The notes beneath the pieces were generated by a model that had not been told where the DNA came from, ran no database searches, and was given only the letters and a program-made list of their open reading frames with translations. A program made the translations under genes and the position numbers. 64,000 nucleotides of DNA, from the IMG/VR virus record IMGVR_UViG_3300043411_001777, positions 142,090-206,089 of that record; one strand, written 5' to 3'. Positions 48,661 through 57,268 of this stretch are shown piece after piece; position 1 is the stretch's first letter, and every line of letters starts with the position of its first letter.

Positions 48661-48709
48661 AACTGACGAATCCCCTCGTGGAGGGGATTCCATCAACTAG
48701 AAACCGAAA

Positions 48710-49594
48710 TCAAGGCTTCTTAGCCAAGTGTGCCTTAATACCACGGACCACGCCCGGGGTTTCAATGTCACAGATAGCCTTCAACACAGACTTATCGTGC
48801 CCCCATGAGTCCACGGCTTCCTTAAGGCGCATTTGCCAATGCTGACCCTTATCCCAGCCTTCAATGACCGCTGAAATTCGATCAGGATCGTTTCGCTGGC
48901 TCTTAGCCCGCTGCCCACGGACCGTTGCCACAGTAGGATGGCCCTCTTCTAGAAGAACCTCAGGCACTTCCGACTCGATAATCCGAGCGTGACCTTCCTT
49001 AACCGTCTTGGCAGTCTTGTTCCGAATCACCTTAGGGGGTTCCTCCCCAACAGGCTTGCCCCGAGCCATAGGATTGAAGGTCCCCTTAGCGCCAACATCC
49101 GGATCTCCTACAGCAGCAGAAGACTTAGCGAGGCGACCTACCTCCACACCCTCTCCAAAATCATCAGAAGCGAGCGCGAACTTCTTCTGTGCGGGTGCAG
49201 GACGGACCTTAGGGGCCTCAGCCTTAGAGGTGACCGCCTTTCGCTTCGCCATGGACCTTGAGACGTCCCCAACTTCTTGCTGGTCCTCAACCGTCTGATA
49301 GCCCGACTTCTTCACCGGCTTCGAGGAAACCGAACTGGATTTAGCGGCAGGCTTTGCCACCTTAGCTGCTCTGCGAGTATCCGCCTCAAACCACCCTCGC
49401 TCAATAGCGCTACGAAGCTCTGGGACAGCAATCTCATCCCCACCATAGCGGAGCGACTGGCCATCATACTCCACCATCTCACCCTCATCAATCTTAACCT
49501 CAGAGCGCTTACCGTTCGCACCAATAAAAACCGCCTGGTTTGCACGGTAACCAGCAAAGGACCCGCGCACGTACTGAATCTTCTCCACTGACAA
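48710..49594 (-). CDS. Hypothetical protein with Lys/Ala-rich linker
   Basis: 294-aa ORF, first gene of the minus-strand block. Confidence 0.65.
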   Translation of the reverse strand: MSVEKIQYVRGSFAGYRANQAVFIGANGKRSEVKIDEGEMVEYDGQSLRYGGDEIAVPELRSAIERGWFEADTRRAAKVAKPAAKSSSVSSKPVKKSGYQTVEDQQEVGDVSRSMAKRKAVTSKAEAPKVRPAPAQKKFALASDDFGEGVEVGRLAKSSAAVGDPDVGAKGTFNPMARGKPVGEEPPKVIRNKTAKTVKEGHARIIESEVPEVLLEEGHPTVATVRGQRAKSQRNDPDRISAVIEGWDKGQHWQMRLKEAVDSWGHDKSVLKAICDIETPGVVRGIKAHLAKKP

Positions 49595-49615
49595 CCTCCC
49601 GTCTGAACGTGGACT

Positions 49616-49650
49616 TGCGGTAGTATACCGCAGTTATGCGAATTACCGCA
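49616..49650. promoter_or_regulatory. Divergent promoter/operator region
   Basis: Palindrome TGCGGTA-GTA-TACCGCA plus a third TACCGCA half-site at 49644-49650. Confidence 0.5.
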
Positions 49651-51122
49651 TGGAGAATCTTAGTATGACTAAGCGAATGGGAAGGCTTCTTGAAAAATTC
49701 GGGCAGCGGATCGCCACCTCCAGACCAAGCATGACGCGAATTATCCGTTGGACTGGTCTTGAAGAAGAGGATGCCCGAGAACTCGCTAAGCTTAGTCGAG
49801 AAAAGTACCGGACCCCGAAGGAGGAGCCCGCCAAGCCTGAGCCTAAGGCTAAAGAGCCTGACGGCGGGGAGTTGCTCCTACACGCCAAGTATGTCTACAA
49901 CCCCCAAACAGACACGTACATCACATTCCTGGATCAGGTTCCAAAGCCCATTTCGTTATCCGGACCTACACACCGAGAGATTGTTCGTGCCTACTCCAAT
50001 TTTGACGGGAACCCCGCCTCTCTAAACGAAATTGCCCGCTCCGTTGGGATGCCCCGTCCTTGGCTCATCAAATACCTGCGCGCCCATGAGATCACCCACG
50101 ATCGGGAACCCTTCACACCCGAAGAGTTGATGTCTCGGTCCGACGATGACCTTATCCAGGACTCCCTACAGCTTCGCCGAGCAGCGGTTTACAAAGCCCT
50201 AGAAAAGGCAAAGTGGCAGGAGATCCAGCGCGATGCCACGAAATGGCGCAACTGGGAAGACCACACCCTACGTGCAATTATTACCCGTCTCGGGGACCGG
50301 GCCTCAAGCGAACCCCCTACCTTAGATATCAACCAAGCAGCAGCTCCCTTTGCTTGCGTGTTTGGGCTCACCGATTTCCATTGGGGCAAATACTCGGACG
50401 CACAAGAAAACGGAGAGGCTTACTCCCGTGAACAGGCCCGCTCTATCCTTTTTGACTGCGTTTCAGATGTCATGAGTCGAGTTGCCACTTATGGGGCACC
50501 GGAGAAAATCTATATCCCGGTCGGCTCTGACTTTTTCCATGTAGACAACTCAGAGGGGAAGACCACCTCTGGTACTCCCCAGGACATAGACGGGACCCCA
50601 GCAGAAATCCTTGTCAGCGGGTGCCATTTGATGGAGGATCTTATCACCTCCCTCATCACCATAGCACCCGTCGAGCTAGTTTTGATGTCAGGCAACCACG
50701 ATCGTATGCTTGGAGTTTCTTTGCTCTTGTACCTGGAGGCGGTCTTCCGTGGTAATTCCCGTGTTACCGCCAACCTAGACCGGACACATCGGATCTACAA
50801 GACCTACGGAAAGAACCTCATCGGCTTTGTACACAGCGACGGGGTCAAGAAAACCGTAGATTTGGCAGGACATATGGCTAGGGAAGCCTCAGACGTGTGG
50901 GGGGCTTGCCCTCACCGGACGATCTATACCGGCCATTTGCATTTCGAAAAGACCGAGACCGACACGGCCTTTTCAGTCGTGCGTCGCCAGATCCCTTCGC
51001 TATCAACTACCGATCGCTGGCACAGCTTAAACGGGTTCATTGGTTCCCCAAGGTCGCTCCCGGTTTACCTGCACGACAAAGAGAAAGGGTTGGTAGCTAT
51101 CTTCCACGCCCCCGCCGAATAA
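49650..51122 (+). CDS. Calcineurin-like metallophosphoesterase with N-terminal HTH
   Basis: TDFHWG, GSDFFH, SGNHD, FVHSD, TGHLH; SLNEIARSVGMPR HTH. Confidence 0.85.
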   Translation: MENLSMTKRMGRLLEKFGQRIATSRPSMTRIIRWTGLEEEDARELAKLSREKYRTPKEEPAKPEPKAKEPDGGELLLHAKYVYNPQTDTYITFLDQVPKPISLSGPTHREIVRAYSNFDGNPASLNEIARSVGMPRPWLIKYLRAHEITHDREPFTPEELMSRSDDDLIQDSLQLRRAAVYKALEKAKWQEIQRDATKWRNWEDHTLRAIITRLGDRASSEPPTLDINQAAAPFACVFGLTDFHWGKYSDAQENGEAYSREQARSILFDCVSDVMSRVATYGAPEKIYIPVGSDFFHVDNSEGKTTSGTPQDIDGTPAEILVSGCHLMEDLITSLITIAPVELVLMSGNHDRMLGVSLLLYLEAVFRGNSRVTANLDRTHRIYKTYGKNLIGFVHSDGVKKTVDLAGHMAREASDVWGACPHRTIYTGHLHFEKTETDTAFSVVRRQIPSLSTTDRWHSLNGFIGSPRSLPVYLHDKEKGLVAIFHAPAE

Positions 51123-51128
51123 TACGCT

Positions 51129-51180
51129 AAAAGCCCCTTAGGGTATGGGTAGTACGATTACCATACCCTAAGGGGCTTTT
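51129..51180 (+). terminator. 20-bp perfect hairpin covering the RBS of the next gene
   Basis: AAAAGCCCCTTAGGGTATGG/CCATACCCTAAGGGGCTTTT; ATG 2 nt after. Confidence 0.7.
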
Positions 51181-51182
51181 CC

Positions 51183-51512
51183 ATGCTTACCATTCGAGTG
51201 CGCGATTTCACCACAACTCCAGGCCCTGGATTCAAAACCGAAGGTCCGTTTTCCGGGGAAGAGTTTCGTGAACGCTATTTACAGCCAGCCCTTCTTTCTT
51301 GGCAGAAGGCCCGTTGCGCTACACCGATTACCGTCAATATGGACGGTTCCGAATACGGTTATAGCTCCGCCTTTCTACGCGAAAGTTTCGGACCGCTCGC
51401 CCAGCGTTACGGGACTCGATTCGTCCAACGAGCTTTCCGCATCGTGACAGAAGAAGAGCCTGGGCTTGAAATGGAGGTGTGGTTCTGCGTGGAGAACTAC
51501 TGGGTCAATTGA
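51183..51512 (+). CDS. STAS-like (DUF4325) protein
   Basis: PGP...EGPFSGEEFRE...MDGSEYGYSSAFLRESFG. Confidence 0.8.
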   Translation: MLTIRVRDFTTTPGPGFKTEGPFSGEEFRERYLQPALLSWQKARCATPITVNMDGSEYGYSSAFLRESFGPLAQRYGTRFVQRAFRIVTEEEPGLEMEVWFCVENYWVN

Positions 51513-51702
51513 CTGGATCCATTTCTGTAACCGCCCCAATCATGCTCAGGTGCGTTAACATAGCGCGTACAGCACGCTCACGGGCTTCTACGAAGCCCTC
51601 GCTTTTCTGAAAAAGGCAATCCCTTGGGCCCACACATGGGCACTCCCCCTTCTCGGAACCACCCTCGCAAGTCAACTTGCAAAACTTAGCATACGGTCGA
51701 AA

Positions 51703-51897
51703 TCATGCACGGGAGCGCTCCGGTTGTTCGGTCAAAGTCAAAAAGCCCTGCAAGCCTGAATAGCAGACATCACAGAATAGCTGGTCCTCGAACGCCACAG
51801 TCTCCCCACAACGGGAGCACTCTGGAACCCAAAGCCCACGTTCACGTTCTGGCCGCGTGTCCCGTTGAGGCAACGGCCCGAGATACCGGAATTTCAC
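51703..51897 (-). CDS. Small zinc-finger protein
   Basis: CSRC...CDVC; GTGA-coupled to the HD gene. Confidence 0.6.
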   Translation of the reverse strand: MKFRYLGPLPQRDTRPERERGLWVPECSRCGETVAFEDQLFCDVCYSGLQGFLTLTEQPERSRA

Positions 51898-52499
51898 TGC
51901 CCCAAAGCCATCATTAGGCTTGCCGCACGAATCAGAAACGCAGACTCCACTTCTTCAGGTGGGAGCTTCTCAATCTGAATCGTAGGGTCAGGCTCGGGAA
52001 GAGCCCCCCAAGGGGGGAAGGGGACCTTCAAAAGAGCACGAGCCTCTGTTGCACAAAGGATCATGTCCGCCTTATGAACTTCTGGGGGTGGGGGCCAGTC
52101 AAACCCAAACCTGTCCGCGATTACACACATCAATGTGTGCTCGTAATCCCGATACCCACCAAAGGCGCTTTTAATCGGCGAGGGTACGTCCACCAGCGCA
52201 TACTCACTAGCATCATGAAGAAGCCCAGTCAACTGCAACCTCTTGTTCTCTGGCTGCCAACGCTCAAGCAGTTGAGATACGAGGATACTGTGGTATCCGA
52301 CAGAGTAATGCCATTTACAATGTCCAGCAAACCGGCATTGTAAAGACAATGCATGCGCAATATCCTCCATTGCAATTTGCTCAGGCTTGGGGTTTAGTGG
52401 GTGAAGCTTCAGCCCGCTGTAGGTCTGAATCCAGGCATTGTCCATTGCCTCTCGGGACATAAGAGGCCTAGCAATCACTTCTCGGGACATAAGAGTCAA
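51894..52499 (-). CDS. HD-domain phosphohydrolase (YfbR/YfdR-like)
   Basis: IAHALSLQCRFAGH...YSVGYHS...LLHDASE...AD. Confidence 0.85.
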   Translation of the reverse strand: MTLMSREVIARPLMSREAMDNAWIQTYSGLKLHPLNPKPEQIAMEDIAHALSLQCRFAGHCKWHYSVGYHSILVSQLLERWQPENKRLQLTGLLHDASEYALVDVPSPIKSAFGGYRDYEHTLMCVIADRFGFDWPPPPEVHKADMILCATEARALLKVPFPPWGALPEPDPTIQIEKLPPEEVESAFLIRAASLMMALGQ

Positions 52500-52527
52500 G
52501 ATGACGCTCCTTTAGAGCGTACTACCC

Positions 52528-52986
52528 TTAAAACCGAACGCGGATCACCCGAACAAAGCCCTCCCGAACAGAAGGAGGCTCCATCGTCAGCTTTTGCGCC
52601 ATCGTAAGGATGACCTCGTCAGGTACCCTGCGATCAACCGTACGCGCCTCGTTGCGCTCCAACGCCACCAGAATCGGGGTTTCCATCAGGACCGCCTCAA
52701 CCGGCACACGTGCGCGCCAGGCAGCCCGCAAAAGCGGTGCCCGACTCATGCGTGTGGTAAAGGTGGCGTCGAAGTACACTGCACCGGCTTCCTTGTTTTT
52801 GGAAACCCAAGTGCTCTTACCTGAGGCCGGGATGCCCACCAGCAAAACCAGCTTACGGACCCGTCGATCAGTCAGCACAGCATCCAACTTGGCCATGCTC
52901 TTACGCCATGCGCTCGCCGCACGCTCTTGCGACCAGACGTACTGGCCGTCCTCAGTATAGAGGTAATGGTCAGGGGAAATGATCAC
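52528..52986 (-). CDS. P-loop kinase, AAA_33/polynucleotide kinase-like
   Basis: GIPASGKST, DATF-x-x-x-x-x-R, RNEAR...RRVP; GTG start overlaps the HAD stop. Confidence 0.8.
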   Translation of the reverse strand: MIISPDHYLYTEDGQYVWSQERAASAWRKSMAKLDAVLTDRRVRKLVLLVGIPASGKSTWVSKNKEAGAVYFDATFTTRMSRAPLLRAAWRARVPVEAVLMETPILVALERNEARTVDRRVPDEVILTMAQKLTMEPPSVREGFVRVIRVRF

Positions 52987-53456
52987 GTACGCACCAAATG
53001 AGGAACACACTCAACCCCGGTGCCCTCCACGAACTTGCAGAAGGACACCAGATGGTCGGGCCGATCCTCCCAAATGTGAACCACGCCAAAATCGAACTTG
53101 CTCAGATAACTCCTGAGTACCGCCAGCTTGAACGTTTCCGTTCTCGTGGAACCTCCAGGAGCTAAATGGACACGATCGAATACCAGCCCGACCGACTTCA
53201 TTAGCTCAGGAACACGCCACCGGAAATTCTTGTCTGTCCTCCCCGTTGCTAGAACGGCCAACACGTTCTGGTCTGCAATAGACCTACGGGCTGCCCGTAC
53301 CGTGGATTGGATCCACATCGGCTCAGGAGGCTCAGGTGGCATGAAGGGCTCTTCCAAGGAATGAGGGTGGGACCACCAATCGCCCTTCCAATCCTCGGGT
53401 TGAGGTGGGGACCGAAGCAATGTACTGTCCATATCATATAGGTGCAATTCAAGCAT
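52983..53456 (-). CDS. HAD phosphatase, Swiss-Army-knife RNA repair type
   Basis: YDMDSTLLRSP, WWSHPHSL, LATGR, FK, WEDRPDH. Confidence 0.8.
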   Translation of the reverse strand: MLELHLYDMDSTLLRSPPQPEDWKGDWWSHPHSLEEPFMPPEPPEPMWIQSTVRAARRSIADQNVLAVLATGRTDKNFRWRVPELMKSVGLVFDRVHLAPGGSTRTETFKLAVLRSYLSKFDFGVVHIWEDRPDHLVSFCKFVEGTGVECVPHLVRT

Positions 53457-54657
53457 GGTCCCTCAGCAATCTTTCAGTCAACCCCCGGTCAAAAAGGGAG
53501 GGGTCCTCTAACAGGAAATCACGAGCTTTCGAAGTCAAAACCCCAATCTGGGGGCCTTTTAGGCTCAATTCTTTGATCAGCCTTGGAAAATCAGCCACTT
53601 TTGCAGGCTGCTTCAACGCATCTAGAAAGGCTTCTGGGCTTTTCAAGCGTGGGAGAATCCTCTGTAACTCGCGTTGCTGCTCGGCAGACAGGAACTTGAT
53701 CCGGTCGTTTAGGGGGACCCCAAGATCCAACAGGTCGAACAGGAGCCCGAGCCGTTGGTTGTTTGACCACCCGGCCAGTGTGGCACGGAAAGCTGGGATC
53801 TCAGTCACCATTTCTGCAACCACATCCAACAGGCCAAGCCGCTTCATTTCAAGCAGCGCCTTTTTAGCGGTCGGCTCCACCAACAAGGTGTGGATTAGTA
53901 GGTCGGAAATCGCGTTGTACGGGACTTTCTTGATAAAAGGCGCGTTTCGTCGAATAGAGGTTTCTGTCTCTTTATCCGCTTTTAGGTTGTATTTGCAGTA
54001 GAATTTGACGGCTCGAATCATCCTTGAGGGGTCATCTCGGAAAGTGATATCGGGGTCCATAGGACATCGAAGCACCCCCTCCTTGATGTCCTGAACCCCG
54101 CACCCCGTGAGATCAATAATGTCGGCCAAATCCGCTTTGTCCGCTACTGAAATCAATTTCATCAAAAGGGTATTGGTGCGAAATTCGCGACGCAAAACGT
54201 CTTGTTCAATCGTGGCAGGCTGAACCTCGGACGGTTTGTACCCCTTGCCTCCCGAACCCCCATATGATTCGGAGCGGGCATTTGCAATTTCGATGTTCTC
54301 CCCGCGCAAATTCGATGAACCGAGGAACCAATCCTCGGTTACAGTTAAGATAGCCACCCCGTAATTATTGGTTGCCAAATTACACTTGGCTGGAATAGCC
54401 AGCATTAACTGTCGAGCCACCCACTCTGAGTCATGCCCCATGGCGATAGAATCAACCACAAGGTCCAAGTCCTTAATGTCCAATCCCAGGATGAGGTTTC
54501 TGGGAGCACCCCCCACCAAGTACACGTACTCTCCGACGGGCTCCCCGGTTTTTGAGCGAGTTTTTTTGGACCACTGCCCTAAAAACCTCATCAATGCACG
54601 AGAGGCATCATCCGTCATCCCCTGCTTTAGGTAGGCATCCGCGACTTTTTTAGGCAT
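53449..54657 (-). CDS. cca: Class II tRNA nucleotidyltransferase (CCA-adding/poly(A) polymerase family)
   Basis: YLVGGAPRN...KDLDLV, ARSESY, DVLRREFRTN, DDPSRMIRAVKF; start ATG 54657 (MPKKVADAYLKQG). Confidence 0.85.
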   Translation of the reverse strand: MPKKVADAYLKQGMTDDASRALMRFLGQWSKKTRSKTGEPVGEYVYLVGGAPRNLILGLDIKDLDLVVDSIAMGHDSEWVARQLMLAIPAKCNLATNNYGVAILTVTEDWFLGSSNLRGENIEIANARSESYGGSGGKGYKPSEVQPATIEQDVLRREFRTNTLLMKLISVADKADLADIIDLTGCGVQDIKEGVLRCPMDPDITFRDDPSRMIRAVKFYCKYNLKADKETETSIRRNAPFIKKVPYNAISDLLIHTLLVEPTAKKALLEMKRLGLLDVVAEMVTEIPAFRATLAGWSNNQRLGLLFDLLDLGVPLNDRIKFLSAEQQRELQRILPRLKSPEAFLDALKQPAKVADFPRLIKELSLKGPQIGVLTSKARDFLLEDPSLFDRGLTERLLRDHA

Positions 54658-55492
54658 GTAACCCTCTCTTCGCATAACACTTGGAACATTGACCCCTCAC
54701 TTGCCTGTTTCGGTTAACAGAAGGGCAAGAGGAGCACTTAAATTGAGAATTCTGGGTCAATCGGGGAGTGACAGGGCTCTTTAGGTCAACCCCGGAGCGT
54801 TTACGCCCAACACATCGAGAACAAAGCCCAAAGGCGTGGTGCTTTACGTCCGTTCGATTGCAGCCTGAACAAACAAATCGACCTAGGCTATGAATGGCGG
54901 TTAAATCTACCCCACTCTTAAAGACCCCTATCTCGGACGTATGGATCCCTCTTACAGAGAACCCGAGGGATTCCAAATATGTCAATTTTTTGGCAAAGTT
55001 AGTTTGATATTCGGGGCCGTAAATCTGGTGGTCCCACATGCCCAGGTATTCCCATATTTCATTACCCGCTAACAGCCAATCCACTCGGAAAGGACCGATC
55101 TGTTTTTGGAACTCGTGTGGGACGTTCCTTGCGTGTAACCACGCGTCTATTATTGCCTCATCGTAATACGCCCCTTGGTTTTCGGATGTTCGATACAACA
55201 TCCCATAGGGCGGGATATTGCGACGACGGCGTTCCTTATGTACAAGCCCTTTACTACACCCTAGTATATCCGCCAAGTGTTGATCTGTTAAGTCCCCTAA
55301 CCCTACAGAATCCCATTCGATATTGTAGCTGGGAATGGTCCTGAACGGCGGGATACCTCTCGATCTACGAGCATTCAGCACAGCGGTTTGCGAAACCTCA
55401 AACCGACGAGCAATGTCACAATCAGGGACTTTTCCGAGGTCCGCAACCGAATCCCACTCCACCATATCAACTTTGAGCGGACCGCCCCTCAC
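54650..55492 (-). CDS. HTH repeats + PD-(D/E)xK/Vsr-like nuclease + two Zn fingers (homing endonuclease-like)
   Basis: Two WDSV...D-x-x-[IL]A...R-x-x-R-x-IPP repeats; E...FRVDW...WEYLG; CSGC...GLCSRC and CSSC...GQCSKC. Confidence 0.6.
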   Translation of the reverse strand: MRGGPLKVDMVEWDSVADLGKVPDCDIARRFEVSQTAVLNARRSRGIPPFRTIPSYNIEWDSVGLGDLTDQHLADILGCSKGLVHKERRRRNIPPYGMLYRTSENQGAYYDEAIIDAWLHARNVPHEFQKQIGPFRVDWLLAGNEIWEYLGMWDHQIYGPEYQTNFAKKLTYLESLGFSVRGIHTSEIGVFKSGVDLTAIHSLGRFVCSGCNRTDVKHHAFGLCSRCVGRKRSGVDLKSPVTPRLTQNSQFKCSSCPSVNRNRQVRGQCSKCYAKRGLHA

Positions 55493-55575
55493 AGCACCCT
55501 CCGCTCAAATTCAGCTTTGGCATCCAGCTTAAGCGTAGCCAACAAGTAAAACGTGCATTTTTCAAAAGCCCTCAT
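55489..55575 (-). CDS. 28-aa coupling micro-ORF (MRAFEKCTFYLLATLKLDAKAEFERRVL)
   Basis: ATGA overlap upstream and GTGA overlap downstream. Confidence 0.5.
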   Translation of the reverse strand: MRAFEKCTFYLLATLKLDAKAEFERRVL

Positions 55576-56114
55576 CGGTCAAACCCCAAGGCCTCGTAGT
55601 TGTACTTTGGGACGAAAACTTCCCAGAAATCTCTGTTGTACCGGCCATTTGCTCGGGAAACCTTCTTAGCCCAACGCAATAGGTCCGAACTATGTACCAA
55701 GAACCAACTGTTAACACGCCCCCGTACTGCACGGGGCCCTAAATCAAAATGCGTCCACAGGAAACCTTGGTACCGGAACTTACGCAAACCTTCGTGCTTT
55801 AGTTGGTCTAAGCGTGTTACAACCCCCGGACGGCCCTTAGCCTTCAAGCGTTCCCGTCGGTTATCTAGACTTCGGGGGGACGAGTGTTCTTCCGCCAGCT
55901 CCTCAAAGTTACCCGACACAGGATTCGACCCCAAAAGGAAAGGCTCTATCATCGGCCACAGGAAGGCGTAATAGCCGGTCTCTGGTGGCGCATGGAACCC
56001 ACCCTTCCCAGTGGGGGGCCGTGAATTCAGACCCCCTACACGGGCCAGAATAAGGGTCCCCTGAGAAGGTGGGAGCACCCCTTTGAAAGACAGACCTTCC
56101 CCAGAGCGACTCAT
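55572..56114 (-). CDS. Hypothetical protein
   Basis: 180 aa, basic (FHAPP...YAFLWP). Confidence 0.65.
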   Translation of the reverse strand: MSRSGEGLSFKGVLPPSQGTLILARVGGLNSRPPTGKGGFHAPPETGYYAFLWPMIEPFLLGSNPVSGNFEELAEEHSSPRSLDNRRERLKAKGRPGVVTRLDQLKHEGLRKFRYQGFLWTHFDLGPRAVRGRVNSWFLVHSSDLLRWAKKVSRANGRYNRDFWEVFVPKYNYEALGFDR

Positions 56115-56158
56115 TTACAGCCCCACCACTTCTGCATAGAAACCATGCCAACTCTAAT

Positions 56159-56761
56159 CTATAGCTGGCTTACCGCTGAGGGTCGGAACTCCGCATGCTC
56201 GGGATAAACCCCCGGCGCGAACACGAACCCGAACTCCCCCTGAACGTACTCTGCCTTCGGCACCAGGAAGTAGCTCTGAAGAGTATCCGCCCCCCGACCT
56301 CCGACCTTGGCGCAGACAGCCACGAACCCAGCCGGCACGTCCGGATGCCAGTCCCCCCAAGCCGCCAACACGTCGTAAAGGCGAGGGCTATCCTCCTGAA
56401 ACTTACGACGACGAAGCTCGCGGCTATCCTCCAACGTGAGGACCACACCCGTGACAGCCTGATATGTGTCCGGGTCACCATCCTTCATCGTGCTGTGAGC
56501 CGCCGCCAGCGAATCCTCATCCCACACAGCGGGGAACTTCGAGGCGAAGGTGATGGCGACGATCGCCCAATCACAATCCTCCTCATACCAACCGCCACGA
56601 CGGCGCCAGTGGGCGTCCACCTTGGAATTGGCGAGACGGTCCAGCTTGTATCCGCCATGGCCCGGAGTGTTCACGAGGATGATGCCAGGGGCAACTTCAC
56701 GAGCGAAGTCAACCACGCCCCAAGGACTACGCTTACCAACAAGATTCTCAGTCATCTTCAT
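56159..56761 (-). CDS. DUF7007-like protein
   Basis: SPWG...APGI...TPGHGGYKL...GGWYEEDCDWAIV; start at about 56761/56755 behind GGGAG. Confidence 0.65.
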   Translation of the reverse strand: MKMTENLVGKRSPWGVVDFAREVAPGIILVNTPGHGGYKLDRLANSKVDAHWRRRGGWYEEDCDWAIVAITFASKFPAVWDEDSLAAAHSTMKDGDPDTYQAVTGVVLTLEDSRELRRRKFQEDSPRLYDVLAAWGDWHPDVPAGFVAVCAKVGGRGADTLQSYFLVPKAEYVQGEFGFVFAPGVYPEHAEFRPSAVSQL

Positions 56762-56765
56762 TCTC

Positions 56766-56897
56766 CCTGTTACAGGGTAAATACCCGTGAACCCATAATC
56801 CTTAGGGCCTATTTTCACTATAGGCCCCGTTACAGGGTAGATACCCGTGAACCCATAATCTTTAGGGTCATATTTTCACTATAGGCTTAGGGTCATA
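56766..56897. repeat. Tandem 60/61-bp duplication plus partial third copy in a divergent intergenic region
   Basis: 56766-56825 vs 56826-56886 nearly identical; TTAGGGTCATA repeated at 56887. Confidence 0.85.
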
Positions 56898-56916
56898 GTA
56901 CCAAGGAGGAGGAGCA

Positions 56917-57162
56917 GTGAAATCCTATACTGAATTGAACCAAAGAATTGCGGCCAAATCGGGATCAAACCTGCAAACAGCAGCAATCGATGATGCTTTA
57001 ACCCAAATTACTTGGATGCATCGACGCTTACAGCTTTTGGAAGAGAGCTTAACTAAAGCGCAATCGGCTTTAGAAAAAGGCGAACGTCCAAGTATGGGGC
57101 AGATAGTGTCGCTTTCAGCCGATGTGAAATCGTTTCATTCAACTTTGGAGAAATGTGTGTGA
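56917..57162 (+). CDS. Small coiled-coil hypothetical protein
   Basis: Strong RBS AAGGAGGAGGAG; leader MKSYTELNQRIAAK. Confidence 0.7.
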   Translation: MKSYTELNQRIAAKSGSNLQTAAIDDALTQITWMHRRLQLLEESLTKAQSALEKGERPSMGQIVSLSADVKSFHSTLEKCV

Positions 57163-57268
57163 GCATGAACCAGAGCAAACTTTCCCGGCGCTCCCTCCCC
57201 CTTGACCTCACCTGAACGATAAAAACAAGAAGCGTATCCTATCTGCGGTCTACACCGAATTGAGCTGA

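Noticed and set aside
323-49591. Many plus-strand ORFs in the track (e.g. 1168..1758, 23791..24612, 34665..35339)
   Set aside because: Antisense shadows of long, well-supported minus-strand genes; no motifs
52451-52495. 15-bp direct repeat CTCGGGACATAAGAG at the HD gene start
   Set aside because: Small local duplication (MSRE twice) that only makes the start ambiguous
51894-52499. DatZ and a Z-genome pathway
   Set aside because: The HD protein looks like the common YfdR-type and no PurZ is in the window
56811-56886. T7-like promoter (TCACTATAGG)
   Set aside because: Only the 3' 10 nt match; the specificity region is absent and no single-subunit RNAP is seen
56766-56897. CRISPR mini-array
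   Set aside because: Units are contiguous 60-bp duplicates with no unique spacers and no cas genes
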